Source of the DNA: a virus
Virus record (IMG/VR): IMGVR_UViG_3300015263_000944
Span: 43,395 to 107,394 of that record
Length of the DNA: 64,000 nucleotides
Strand: one strand, 5' to 3'
This document shows, in pieces, positions 37,880 through 47,301 of this stretch; the stretch's first letter is position 1, and each line of letters begins with the position of its first letter. A program made the translations under genes and the position numbers. The notes under the pieces are model-generated. The model searched no databases and was not told where the DNA came from. It saw only the letters and a program-made list of their open reading frames with translations.

Positions 37880-38401
37880 ATGCTGAAGCCGGTTTTCGTC
37901 AATCACAGACATTCCATGTTGACGTTCCTTAAAATCAAAGGAACCGCCGTTGAAGTTGGCGTAGAAACCGGGAGGTTCTCCGAATCAATCCTAATCAGAA
38001 CATCCGTGGATGTATTGTATTCTGTTGACCAATGGCAAAATCTGGATCAGCTAGAAATCACCAGAGACAGATTGCGGCCTTATGGAGACAGAAGTGTCAT
38101 CGTACAGGAAACCTCAGTCAAAGCCGCACAGAGATTTGATGACGGCTTCTTTGATTTTGTCTACATCGATGCCGACCACCGATATGAGTTCGTCAAAAAA
38201 GATCTAAGAGCGTGGTGGCCGAAACTCAAAGTCGGAGGCATCTTCGCTGGACATGATTACTTCCAATACAAGGATTTCGGCGTCGTCGAAGCTGTCAATG
38301 AATTCGCCGCACAACAACACTTCTCTATCCATATCACCAACGAGCATTTTGCCCCTTCTTGGTTCGGATTCAAACCCAGTAACTTCGTTGCGGCTCCTTG
38401 A
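37880..38401 (+). CDS. TylF/MycF-like class I SAM-dependent O-methyltransferase
   Basis: AVEVGVETGRFS motif I and FDFVYIDADH. Start placed after the terminator hairpin. Confidence 0.7.
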   Translation: MLKPVFVNHRHSMLTFLKIKGTAVEVGVETGRFSESILIRTSVDVLYSVDQWQNLDQLEITRDRLRPYGDRSVIVQETSVKAAQRFDDGFFDFVYIDADHRYEFVKKDLRAWWPKLKVGGIFAGHDYFQYKDFGVVEAVNEFAAQQHFSIHITNEHFAPSWFGFKPSNFVAAP

Positions 38402-39146
38402 ATAGCCTCTCGCACATCTCCTCGATGCACTTCAGCGGAGGATGGCATCGCCGCTCGTGTGGGATCTCAAACACGTCTTTCTTGATGTGTCCGTATTCCT
38501 TGATTTCCCATTGAAGCTGATTCTCGCTCACAATCTTGCCGATGTCTTTCCACGGCTCTTCAATCTTGTTGTTGCGATAGTTGTCGCCATTGAAACAAGG
38601 GCGAGTATGGACAGCAATCACATCATCAACAATTGCGATCTTATCCTGCGGGTGCCCCAACTCTTTATCCCACAACTTCTCGATCCCCCAACAACTTCTA
38701 TTGTGGGCAAAGGTGTGCTTGCACTTCTGAAAGGCGTTCTGGCTGAAGCAGGGGCAGATAATCTCGACATAATCCGTGTACCTTAAGATGTACCCCGGAT
38801 GATGAAGGTTCTGAGGTACAGAATAGTATCCCGCCAAGGACGGTTGGCAAATTTCAAGATGATACTGCTCTGCATACTCGAACAACCGATTGATGTCATG
38901 TGCGTCTATATGAAGGTCATCATCGGGAACGAAAATGAAATCGTACTGATCTGATATCTCCAAATCACCAACGATGTTGAACTTGGTGCCTCTGGCTTTC
39001 TTGTACAGATCTGCATCGACCTTGTAGGTATCTCCTTCGTTGGTGCCATAATACACCAAGAACAAGTCAAAATTCCGGTCTCCTTCGATCCACTTCTTGT
39101 GGAGTGATGTGGGACCAACACATCCAATCACCAAATTCTTTCTCAT
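38370..39146 (-). CDS. Hypothetical protein, possible glycosyltransferase (DDD motif)
   Basis: FIFVPDDDL block; 258 aa. Confidence 0.4.
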   Translation of the reverse strand: MRKNLVIGCVGPTSLHKKWIEGDRNFDLFLVYYGTNEGDTYKVDADLYKKARGTKFNIVGDLEISDQYDFIFVPDDDLHIDAHDINRLFEYAEQYHLEICQPSLAGYYSVPQNLHHPGYILRYTDYVEIICPCFSQNAFQKCKHTFAHNRSCWGIEKLWDKELGHPQDKIAIVDDVIAVHTRPCFNGDNYRNNKIEEPWKDIGKIVSENQLQWEIKEYGHIKKDVFEIPHERRCHPPLKCIEEMCERLFKEPQRSYWV

Positions 39147-39163
39147 GAAACTAAGCTAGTAAC

Positions 39164-39928
39164 ATGCAAGCATCCTTTGTCGTTCGATTCCATAGCCGCC
39201 GTCTGGACAACCTTCACCAATTGCTCAGATTCTTGGAGAGATGGCATCACAACGTAATTTCAGAGTCCCAATTGGTCCTAGTTTGTCAGGACTCCTGCGA
39301 CCGAATCCCAAATGGCTTCGAGAGATACGACCACTTCAACATGGAACTCGACTGCATGAAGTTGCCAGTCGTTACAAATTTTGGAGTGGAAAAGTCACTG
39401 GCCGACAAGATTGTGTTGCTTGATGGTGATCGGGTGGCCCCCGCTGGATACTACCAGCGAGTTCTCAAACAAGTCGAGTTGGGCATTCAGATCACTTGCA
39501 AAAACATACAAAACTTGCCAAGGCCAACTGAGGATTGGGAGATCGAACGAGGCAAATACGATTATATCGAGGAGCATCGTAGTGAGGAAAAGATGCCGGG
39601 CCGGAAGTGCATGTGGTCTGGGAATACCACCTTCATGAAGCAGGATTTCTACCGAGCCGGTCGAATGGATGAAGCGTATCGTGGCTACGGGTTCGAGGAC
39701 CATGACATGACCTACACAATGGAGGCCGCTGGTGTCAAATCTATCTATCTGCCCGAAGAGATTGAACTTCATCTGTGGCACGAAAGACAAACGTATGGCG
39801 TAGGCGACGAGGCAACAAAAAAGGGAATGTTCATAGACAACGGATTGTTCTTCTGTAAGAAGTGGAAACAGCCGCTTCCAGAATTTCTAAGGGAAGACAT
39901 CGCCAATCACAGGAAGGCATGGATATGA
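39164..39928 (+). CDS. GT-A fold glycosyltransferase (DxD family paralog 3 of 3)
   Basis: IVLLDGDRVAP and GRMDEAYRGYGFEDHDMTYT blocks. Confidence 0.6.
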   Translation: MQASFVVRFHSRRLDNLHQLLRFLERWHHNVISESQLVLVCQDSCDRIPNGFERYDHFNMELDCMKLPVVTNFGVEKSLADKIVLLDGDRVAPAGYYQRVLKQVELGIQITCKNIQNLPRPTEDWEIERGKYDYIEEHRSEEKMPGRKCMWSGNTTFMKQDFYRAGRMDEAYRGYGFEDHDMTYTMEAAGVKSIYLPEEIELHLWHERQTYGVGDEATKKGMFIDNGLFFCKKWKQPLPEFLREDIANHRKAWI

Positions 39929-40860
39929 GAGATCACATCTATTATCACCAATGGTCCGAACTAGGCGATGGTCCACCATATTGTAATATGAGGTGCCCCA
40001 CCATCGTATCCATCGCAACACTTCGTGGCGTCAACCCAAATGTGCCCATCACCGTCTTGGACAAAAGCGAGACGCCTCAAGATTGGGGAGAATTTCCAGA
40101 GAAGCTAAACTTCGATGTAGCTCACGATCCGACGTTCTCGTGTGAACGATACAAAAATGTAGTCGCAGGATACAAACATCTGTCTCGTTTCCCAGACTTG
40201 GTGTCCTACACCAAAGACAAAGACGAACGAGTTGTGTATGTGGACGCCGATGTCTTCTGGTTTAGAGATCCCTTCCCACTGGCAGTTACATCGAGCAAAT
40301 TGTGTATCGATGGTTGGAACACGGGGTTCTTCTACTACGAGGCACGCTATGCCAACAAATGGTTTGATCCATTTGAGGCATACATGAAATCCGCCATCTA
40401 TTCAGAAGAGTTGCGGGATGTGCTTAAACAACACGTCAATTACGATGATTGGTATGTGGTGTTTGACGAACAGATCATCACATATCTCAAGAAGACAAAC
40501 CCACAACTCATTGAAATCATTCCAGATTGTGAGCACATCACCGGCAGTCGATTGGAAGAGCTTGATCCAGACACAGCGAAAATGCTTCACTTCAATGGCA
40601 TTATGGTGCATGACAACTATCATCGCACACGACATGCCAGAGGTCTAGCAGGCATCATCATCCAAGAGTTCTATGACAACATCTGTAAATCCCTCGACGC
40701 ATCCGACATCGAGAAGATTTTCACGCCACATGCTATGAGACTCTATGGGAGCAAACGATTCTCGCTCTTTAGGAATCTGGCTCGATTGTTAGAAACGAAA
40801 ACGGACAGGCTTTATCGTCTCGATAAATGCCTGTCCGTTCCACGACTCGATCTTATTTGA
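39925..40860 (+). CDS. Nucleotide-diphospho-sugar transferase family protein
   Basis: VVYVDADVFWFRDP DxD block. ATGA coupling with the upstream gene. Confidence 0.55.
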   Translation: MRDHIYYHQWSELGDGPPYCNMRCPTIVSIATLRGVNPNVPITVLDKSETPQDWGEFPEKLNFDVAHDPTFSCERYKNVVAGYKHLSRFPDLVSYTKDKDERVVYVDADVFWFRDPFPLAVTSSKLCIDGWNTGFFYYEARYANKWFDPFEAYMKSAIYSEELRDVLKQHVNYDDWYVVFDEQIITYLKKTNPQLIEIIPDCEHITGSRLEELDPDTAKMLHFNGIMVHDNYHRTRHARGLAGIIIQEFYDNICKSLDASDIEKIFTPHAMRLYGSKRFSLFRNLARLLETKTDRLYRLDKCLSVPRLDLI

Positions 40861-41622
40861 ACAGCAAGTCGAACTCACCCTTCATGATGCCCTTGACGTT
40901 TCCCGTCTTGGTGTCCAGCCGATGATCGACAACTCGGCTTTCCATGAAGTTGTAGGTGCGGATTTTCCCGCTCCGGTGGCCTCCCTGCAACTGTTCTTTC
41001 CTGTAGGCTGCGTACTCCGAATCAGCGGCCTCTTTGGCTTGTTCGTAGACACGGCCTTGAATGATCCGACGTGCTTCTCGCACATTGCTGTGGAAATCTC
41101 TGCCGTTAATAACAACCTTGATCCCTGTGGGGATGTGGGTCATTCGGCAGCCCGACATCGTTTTGTTCTGATGCTGTCCACCTTTACCGCCCAGATTGAC
41201 GGCCTCGATTTCCAGATCATTGTCGGCGATCTTCACATCCACTTCTGGCGGCAGTGGTAAAACTGCAACCGAGACGAAAGATGTCTGCTTACGGCCCTTG
41301 CTTTCCGTAGGTGGAATACGCTGGACACAGTGTTTGCCCGGCTCATGCCGGAACGCACGACCTGCGCCTTTGCCCCAGATACGGGCCATCATATGGCCGA
41401 AATCAGAGTGAATCAGTTCGGATTTCAGGTTCAGTGAGCGAGAATACCGTGCATAGGCTGCGAATAATTCGTCAACAAAGATCTTGCTGTCGTCGCCGCC
41501 CTCGCCGTGTCGGACCTCTAAGATGATCTCGTCGGCGTCAAAGAAACCTCCGCTCCTTCAGATCGGTAGCGGTTGGGGAGTTAAAGACACCTCCCGGCGT
41601 TTTTCTTGTGCTTCTTACCCAT
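40853..41622 (-). CDS. Peptide chain release factor 2-like protein lacking domain 1 (PrfH-like), expressed via programmed +1 frameshifting
   Basis: GGQ motif (GGKGGQHQNKT). RF2-like blocks LEVRHGEGG, HCVQRIPPTESKGRKQTSF and KIRTYNF. This frame is closed 6 codons upstream of the CTTTGAC site. The ATG at 41622 has an AAGGAGA RBS in another frame. Confidence 0.7.
41537..41556 (-). other. prfB-type +1 frameshift site 2 (GGAGG-TTT-CTT TGA C)
   Basis: SD-like GGAGG, a 3-nt spacer, then CUU UGA C. Homology to RF2 starts exactly at the codon after the shift. Confidence 0.6.
41580..41599 (-). other. Putative +1 frameshift site 1 (GGGAGG-TGT-CTT TAA C) at codon 13-14 of the ATG-initiated frame
   Basis: Same architecture as the E. 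coli prfB site, but with UAA. Confidence 0.4.
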
Positions 41623-41669
41623 GGTATTCTCCTTGTTGGAATTAGTGGGATCGTTCCCACCGGACATGT

Positions 41670-41697
41670 ATTATAGCCAACAAAAAACCAATTTCAA
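41670..41697 (-). promoter_or_regulatory. Strong sigma70-like promoter for the RF-like gene
   Basis: On the minus strand: TTGAAA, 16-nt spacer, TATAAT. It sits about 45 nt upstream of the ATG. Confidence 0.55.
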
Positions 41698-41743
41698 GTC
41701 CTAAATACGGAAAGGAACCAATCCGACAGCGAGGAATTGAGAG

Positions 41744-43048
41744 ATGTTGAACTTCTATGAGTTTCTAGGTCTGATCACAGAACAACGACGGCAATACCAA
41801 GAGATGGGCAAACCCATCTTCAACTTGGATGATGATGAAGAACGAGATGACGCTTTCATCCCCAGTCAGGTGCCAACTGACCGAAACACAAATGCGATGG
41901 CTAAGAAGCGAGAAATGGATGATCTCGTTCAAGGGGCCTTCGGAAGCAGCAAGGCAACTGCACAGCCTGTCAGACCTACCAGACCGGCCAAGGTCAACAC
42001 AACTCCCGACCCCAATGCTGAATTAAGCGGCACCGGTGGTCGTGGTATGCAGCAGATTTCAAAGAGAATTCGCAGCACGGCCAATCGAGAAGGACACATG
42101 GCAGACAAGGTTGGGGAACTCAACCATTGGCTCCAAGTCAGTCCTAACCAACGTGAGTTCGTCAAATGGTTCCTGACGGACAAGATGGGATTGGGTGGCG
42201 TTCCAGACAACTTCATTATCTCAAGCCAGAAAACAGGTCGTGAAGGCGAAGTTGTTCTGCCAATGGACACCATCAACGAACTTATGAGAAAACTTCGTGA
42301 TGTGAGCAAAACCGACCAAGGGCCACGAGCACCACATGAAGACATGGGTTTCCGTCTTCGTCGAGGCGGACGAGTCCAAGGCGACGTTTACACAGACTCA
42401 GAAGGCAAACCCCTTCGTTTTGGCCGAACCAAGAACTACCAAGATGAGTTGATGAACGATGTTTCTCCAGAAGGGGACATGGCTCGCAAGATCGACAACA
42501 TCATCGCCACTCATCCAGAAGAGTTCCAAGAGCCAATGACATACGGTCAGCTTGCACAGAAGATTCTGGGCATGATCCCGAAGGGCGGACTGGAAGGCGA
42601 CAAGGCTCACTTGCAATCAGTGGCCCGAGGCATCAACAAGCTCCACAAGGTGGCAGGCGACAAACTGCTGAAGAAGAACCCGGACAACACATATACAGTG
42701 AATGTTGCTTTGGTTGGCGGCGGTGGTGGAGACAAGGGCGTGGATGTCGAAAGTGATTACGTCAACCGAGACGATCAAGCCAAGATCTACCCGGAACGCC
42801 TGATGAGCCTTGGCAAGAGACTTGAGGATACCATCGAAGAGATTGAGGCATTGGGCAAAGACCCTCTCTCGAATCCAAAAATTGTACGACTGGCGAAGGT
42901 CGTCAATCAGTTGGGTGATGCGGTTGCCAGAGGTTTGCATGGCATTCCCTCATCGGCCTACAACGACAACGCCAAGCAGGCGCATGAACTCGCCAAGTGG
43001 ATCATCGAAAAGAGTGGTGGTGGAGAACACACCAAGACTGGCTTGTAA
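41744..43048 (+). CDS. Hypothetical protein (434 aa)
   Basis: GAGGAA RBS. Its N-terminus FYEFLGLITEQRRQ resembles the SFKxFxEQQ family. Followed by a terminator. Confidence 0.55.
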   Translation: MLNFYEFLGLITEQRRQYQEMGKPIFNLDDDEERDDAFIPSQVPTDRNTNAMAKKREMDDLVQGAFGSSKATAQPVRPTRPAKVNTTPDPNAELSGTGGRGMQQISKRIRSTANREGHMADKVGELNHWLQVSPNQREFVKWFLTDKMGLGGVPDNFIISSQKTGREGEVVLPMDTINELMRKLRDVSKTDQGPRAPHEDMGFRLRRGGRVQGDVYTDSEGKPLRFGRTKNYQDELMNDVSPEGDMARKIDNIIATHPEEFQEPMTYGQLAQKILGMIPKGGLEGDKAHLQSVARGINKLHKVAGDKLLKKNPDNTYTVNVALVGGGGGDKGVDVESDYVNRDDQAKIYPERLMSLGKRLEDTIEEIEALGKDPLSNPKIVRLAKVVNQLGDAVARGLHGIPSSAYNDNAKQAHELAKWIIEKSGGGEHTKTGL

Positions 43049-43065
43049 GAACCAAACCAAAAAGA

Positions 43066-43101
43066 GAAGCCGGTGAGCCTTTCGACTCACCGGCTTTTTT
43101 C
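43066..43101. terminator. Bidirectional rho-independent terminator
   Basis: GCCGGTGAG-cctttcga-CTCACCGGC hairpin. TTTTTT on the plus side and a T-rich tract on the minus side. It lies between convergent genes. Confidence 0.65.
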
Positions 43102-43102
43102 G

Positions 43103-43723
43103 TCAATCATCGTCCCCGATGCCGACATTCCAATATGCCTCGCCCAAGAACGCTTCCCAGCTTTTCACTGGCTTCAGCGACTCAAACTTGAACAGGCTCA
43201 TCCGAGGCTTCTTCGGCTGCGAGAGCAGCTTCATACCGGCCTGCTTGGGCGTGCGGTCAGCCTTGCGACTGTTGCATTCCACACAAGCAAGGACACAGTT
43301 CTCCCAAGACGTTGCCCCACCCTGTGACCGAGGGATAACGTGCTCAATGGTCAATTCCGCAGAGCCGGGTCGGCAACCGCAGTATTGACACGTCATGTTG
43401 TCTCGCTTGTACAGAGTGCGTCGGCTGAAGTGGAGCTTCGGCTGAGGCATCTTGTCGTAACGAGTCAACAGGATGACTTCTGGGATTCTGAAAGCAACAT
43501 GCGCCGCTCGAAGAGCCTCATCAGTACACAGAGGCTTCAACTTGCTCCAGTCCTCCCATGTGAAGGTCTGGTAGCTTTCGTGATCGATGATGCGGGCTTT
43601 GGGCTCTCCATTCTTGTAGGTACTGAAGAGCATGATGATCGCTCGCTGAAGCGGCACAGTGCCGACTGGCGACCATCCTTTGTTGAGAACTAAGCATTTG
43701 CGTGAGTTGAGAGTGGTACTCAT
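43103..43723 (-). CDS. HNH endonuclease
   Basis: CQYCGC ... EHVIPRSQGG ... CVLACVECNSRK. GGAAGGAG RBS. Confidence 0.75.
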   Translation of the reverse strand: MSTTLNSRKCLVLNKGWSPVGTVPLQRAIIMLFSTYKNGEPKARIIDHESYQTFTWEDWSKLKPLCTDEALRAAHVAFRIPEVILLTRYDKMPQPKLHFSRRTLYKRDNMTCQYCGCRPGSAELTIEHVIPRSQGGATSWENCVLACVECNSRKADRTPKQAGMKLLSQPKKPRMSLFKFESLKPVKSWEAFLGEAYWNVGIGDDD

Positions 43724-43835
43724 CGATCACTCCTTCCTGTGTGTCTATGTGAATGTCATGTTGTGACCTCCTCTGTGACAGAAGGTTTGCGTTCCATGCG
43801 ACAAACGGCTGCCGCACTTCTCTCAAGAGTATATA

Positions 43836-44078
43836 TCAAAAGCCTTCCTCTTTCCAGTTCACCTTTTCTTGGGGCACTCTGGTTGGACGAAGCTGCCGAG
43901 CGAGTTCAACCGCCCCTCGTCGTAAGGATTCCCATTGTGCGTCGATGTTATGATGATGACGCACAAACGGGCCTTGGGGTTCGCTTCTTCTACGAATTTC
44001 TTTGAAAAGATGCGAAAGTCCCAAAGCCGTCTGGCAACCCCACAGGGTAAACACTGTAAAGAAGATGGCCCATTCCAT
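43836..44078 (-). CDS. Small TM protein, NWK(K/E)EGF C-terminal family member
   Basis: N-terminal hydrophobic helix and Arg-rich middle. Ends VNWKEEGF. Its start is coupled to the YqeY stop. Confidence 0.5.
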   Translation of the reverse strand: MEWAIFFTVFTLWGCQTALGLSHLFKEIRRRSEPQGPFVRHHHNIDAQWESLRRGAVELARQLRPTRVPQEKVNWKEEGF

Positions 44079-44079
44079 G

Positions 44080-44505
44080 TCAGGACGCCCTGATTGCCGC
44101 TACAACGCTCTTGACCGTTCCACCCTCTACCGGGGCTCCCAGCCCCTTGAGGTGCTTCATAGCGGCTCCTGTGGCCTGTCCTTCGTTGCTAAAGCTCGTC
44201 ACGTCAACGCCGTCAGCTTCCAGCCGGGCACGGATCTGATCTTCTGACCAATACTGGGGAAGCAACGACTGGAGCATCTCATTCTCGGCCACCAGCCCGG
44301 CATAGCGTGGGTCTGTCTGGTCGAGATGTCCAAGACACTCTTCGTTGGACGTAATCAGCTTCTTGACGATGCTGTGGCCTCGTTCGTCGGTGACGTTGCC
44401 CATCTCCTGTTGCAACTCCCCCAGAACGAGCTTGAGCACGTTCTTTTCTGAGGAGCCGAATGGAGCGGCCTTGATCTTTTCCCTGAGTTGTTCTTCAAAA
44501 GTCAT
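44080..44505 (-). CDS. GatB/YqeY domain protein
   Basis: YqeY-like helical repeat (KNVLKLVLGELQQE ...). The ATG overlaps the upstream stop (TTCTGATGAC). Confidence 0.6.
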   Translation of the reverse strand: MTFEEQLREKIKAAPFGSSEKNVLKLVLGELQQEMGNVTDERGHSIVKKLITSNEECLGHLDQTDPRYAGLVAENEMLQSLLPQYWSEDQIRARLEADGVDVTSFSNEGQATGAAMKHLKGLGAPVEGGTVKSVVAAIRAS

Positions 44506-44930
44506 CAGAATCCTTCTTTCTTCCAATTCACCCGTTCCAAATTTTGGACTGGTTCGGGCGGATCGAGCACAATGCCCATTTCCGCCAACTGCTGCTCATG
44601 TTCGAGAACATCACCCATCACCTCCCGGATGTAGGCTTCGACGTTCCCACTAATCCGGTGAAGATTCTGCTGCAAACGCTCTCGGGACTGTTGTTGTTGG
44701 TCCTGAATACGTCTGCGATGAGCGTTCAGCCGTTGTCGGCTTTCTTCTCGAAGCTCAGACAGCAGGCTACGATACGAGGATCTTACACTTTCTTCGTTTT
44801 CAATGATAGATCCAATCAGACCTCTCGGGAACAGGCTGTTCGAGTTGTCTGACCATTCCGAATCGTGTTGCCGCCTATACTGATCGTTTTCGTCAGAAAA
44901 AAGTTCGGCAATATCTTCGAAAATTCCCAC
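44505..44930 (-). CDS. NWK(K/E)EGF C-terminal family protein
   Basis: Arg/Gln-rich coiled segment. Ends VNWKKEGF. Stop/start overlap with the YqeY gene. Confidence 0.5.
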   Translation of the reverse strand: MGIFEDIAELFSDENDQYRRQHDSEWSDNSNSLFPRGLIGSIIENEESVRSSYRSLLSELREESRQRLNAHRRRIQDQQQQSRERLQQNLHRISGNVEAYIREVMGDVLEHEQQLAEMGIVLDPPEPVQNLERVNWKKEGF

Positions 44931-44931
44931 G

Positions 44932-45222
44932 TTACGTCACATCCACATCGTTGAGAGGAACCACAGTCTCGCCGATGGTGCATCGACGGAATCGCAATAC
45001 TAAAGTATCGTTCGGGCCAAATTTTGCAAAAACTGTTTCGGCACCGTTTAGTCTGCGGCTCACAATCTCCAACTCTTGTGTGGAGGAAACATTCCCGTCG
45101 TCCAGAAGGACATCGGGATCATTCATCATGTCAATGATGTCAGCGTGGGTAAGTTGAAGCTCAAAAACTTCCAGTGTTTTGTCTTGTGTGCGTTTTGCGA
45201 CCATAAATGTTGCCTCCAACAT
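44932..45222 (-). CDS. Hypothetical protein
   Basis: 96-aa ORF collinear with its neighbours. Confidence 0.4.
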   Translation of the reverse strand: MLEATFMVAKRTQDKTLEVFELQLTHADIIDMMNDPDVLLDDGNVSSTQELEIVSRRLNGAETVFAKFGPNDTLVLRFRRCTIGETVVPLNDVDVT

Positions 45223-45242
45223 CTATGTATCGATTTCGCCAA

Positions 45243-45274
45243 CAAAAAAGGACACCGGGTTGCCCCGGTGTCCC
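45243..45274 (-). terminator. Rho-independent terminator downstream of the protease gene
   Basis: GGACACCGGG-ttgc-CCCGGTGTCC hairpin followed on the minus strand by TTTTTTG. Confidence 0.55.
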
Positions 45275-45301
45275 TAACTCACTCACAATCAACAAGGATT
45301 G

Positions 45302-46396
45302 TTACTTCAGAGTTCCCTCTGATTTCTGGGGCACGGTCGGGGCTTCTCGCCAAACCGAACGAGTCGGGAACTTCAGTTCCGTTGCTCGGTCGCCGAGGTA
45401 GTATGGTCCCTTACCGGTGATGATGATGTGAGGCGAGGTTGGCCCTTCGCCTGCATCAGCCGCACTTCGAGAGTAGCTGAAAGTCACACCGTTGTCCTCG
45501 ACGGGCAACTTTTCAAGCTCTTCTTCAGTTGGCATCTTGACGTTGGCGTCCAACGCCCATTCAATACTGGCCTGCTTCGACCATTCTTGCATCCGGCGAA
45601 CCGGAACAATCAAATTGAAAGTCTCACCAGCACCACGCACAAGCATACCCACCATGCGTCCGTCTGTGAGGTAGACGCCGCCACCAGACGAACCGGGGAA
45701 TGCAGCAACAGTTGTCTGATCAAACACCTTCTTGTCGATCAAACGTCCGTGCTGTGACATGATACCTGTGGTCATCGAGTTGGAACCAAGCTGGCCCAAC
45801 AGAGATCCGACGTGCAACAGATTCGTTCCGAGACTCGGAATTTCTTTGTCTAAGTAGAAGGTAACTGTCGCATCAACGAAGTTCTTCTTGCGTAGACGAA
45901 GAAGAGCCAAGTCTTCCTCTGCACTGTATCGCACGACCTGAGCATAGAACTCGACCTTGCCGACCGAACGTCCATCTTCTGTGAGAGACTTCACGACCAT
46001 TGCATCGTCGAATTCGACGACAGTACGCTTTGTGCCGCTCTTCGGATCAATGACATCCTTGGTCTTTCGCAGGTTGTCCACCACATGGGCAGCCGTCCAG
46101 ACGAAGTTGACCTTTTCGCCGTTGGGGAAAGTGCGTGTCACGATAACGCCACTGCCTTCACCACCGCCGCCGTATTGGCCCTTGCTGACGATGGTAACAC
46201 TGATGTCTTGAAGGTGCTGGGCCATATTCTTCGCTTCTGTGTGATTCACAGCGTCGTCTTTGGAATTGGCATCCAGCTTCTTCTGCAATTCTGCGATCTG
46301 AGCCTTCAGATCATCAGCGTTGTCCTGTGCAAACGATGCAACAGGTGCGGCCATCATCAAGGCGACGGCCAACATTGTTGAAATAACTTTTCGCAT
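45302..46396 (-). CDS. Secreted trypsin-like (S1) serine protease
   Basis: Signal peptide MRKVISTMLAVALMMAAPVASFAQ. Catalytic His (TAAHVV), Asp (DLALLRL) and Ser (GSSGGG) blocks. AGGAGG RBS. Confidence 0.75.
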   Translation of the reverse strand: MRKVISTMLAVALMMAAPVASFAQDNADDLKAQIAELQKKLDANSKDDAVNHTEAKNMAQHLQDISVTIVSKGQYGGGGEGSGVIVTRTFPNGEKVNFVWTAAHVVDNLRKTKDVIDPKSGTKRTVVEFDDAMVVKSLTEDGRSVGKVEFYAQVVRYSAEEDLALLRLRKKNFVDATVTFYLDKEIPSLGTNLLHVGSLLGQLGSNSMTTGIMSQHGRLIDKKVFDQTTVAAFPGSSGGGVYLTDGRMVGMLVRGAGETFNLIVPVRRMQEWSKQASIEWALDANVKMPTEEELEKLPVEDNGVTFSYSRSAADAGEGPTSPHIIITGKGPYYLGDRATELKFPTRSVWREAPTVPQKSEGTLK

Positions 46397-46520
46397 AACC
46401 GGTCCTCCTAACCTTTCGTTTGTGTAGAAGAATCACACCCTACAAGGGCATTTCCCTATATAGGAGTTTGTGAGGCTTCGTTTTCCACACTTGTCATACG
46501 ACATTTGTAAAACCTACGCC

Positions 46521-46546
46521 CCAAAAAAGGGCCATCCGTGGCCCAG
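46521..46546 (-). terminator. Possible rho-independent terminator
   Basis: GGGCCA-tccg-TGGCCC hairpin followed on the minus strand by TTTTTTGGGG. Confidence 0.4.
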
Positions 46547-46662
46547 ACGACATCCTGTCGTCACTCATCCGTGAGGCCATCCTTGGCTTCCCCCCGTCAT
46601 GAAGGGTGATCGTCCTGATCAGGCTCCCCGCCCACCATGGCGGGGAGCCATCCATGGCGTGC

Positions 46663-47301
46663 CTATTCGCTGTCTTCAGGCGTGGTCGGGACATCGAGAT
46701 CGTCCTGAACGCCACTGAAGATGTTGTCCGAGACCCGTTGCAGGAACTTGGACAGTTTCGTGTAGATCGTCTTGCAGACCCGCTTGACGAAATCGTTGAT
46801 CAAACCCCAGATCATGCTGATGGGCCAGAAGCTCATCCAGCGAAGAACTTGGGCTTTATGCTGTCGCACCAATGGTGCTTCGTTGAGCAACCGGTTATCT
46901 CGATAACCTCGGTGTCGCTCCAGCTTCTCTTTCCATTCAGCACGGAACTGAACGGGCACAACCTTCGTGCTCTCTGGGAGACCCTTGCCCCGTAGGAACT
47001 CTGACTTCAGTTCTTCGTACTCTTCCAGTCGATCACGACAGAACAAGTACCATTTAACGATGCCCCACACCGCCCCGAGCACAAAATATGCTCCGACGAT
47101 GGCAAGCAGTTGGAGTGGGTTCGCTACGACGTAGCCAATGATGTCGGTGTCACCGAACCATTGGAGCAACGCACCGAACACCACAAGAGAGATCGTGGCC
47201 CCCACGCCGTTCTCCCATTCAACGAACAGGAAGAGACAGACGATTTCGGCAACCACTAAAGCCCAGAACCAGAATGTTCCAGCTACAAAGAGTTCCAACA
47301 T
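46663..47301 (-). CDS. Membrane protein (multi-TM), hypothetical
   Basis: Four or five hydrophobic helices; 212 aa. Confidence 0.5.
   Translation of the reverse strand: MLELFVAGTFWFWALVVAEIVCLFLFVEWENGVGATISLVVFGALLQWFGDTDIIGYVVANPLQLLAIVGAYFVLGAVWGIVKWYLFCRDRLEEYEELKSEFLRGKGLPESTKVVPVQFRAEWKEKLERHRGYRDNRLLNEAPLVRQHKAQVLRWMSFWPISMIWGLINDFVKRVCKTIYTKLSKFLQRVSDNIFSGVQDDLDVPTTPEDSE

Noticed and set aside
40853-41392. Simple call of the RF-like gene starting at MMARIW (41392)
   Set aside because: RF2 homology continues 49 codons upstream of that Met in the same frame, up to the CTT TGA C site. The gene therefore needs an upstream frameshift or start.
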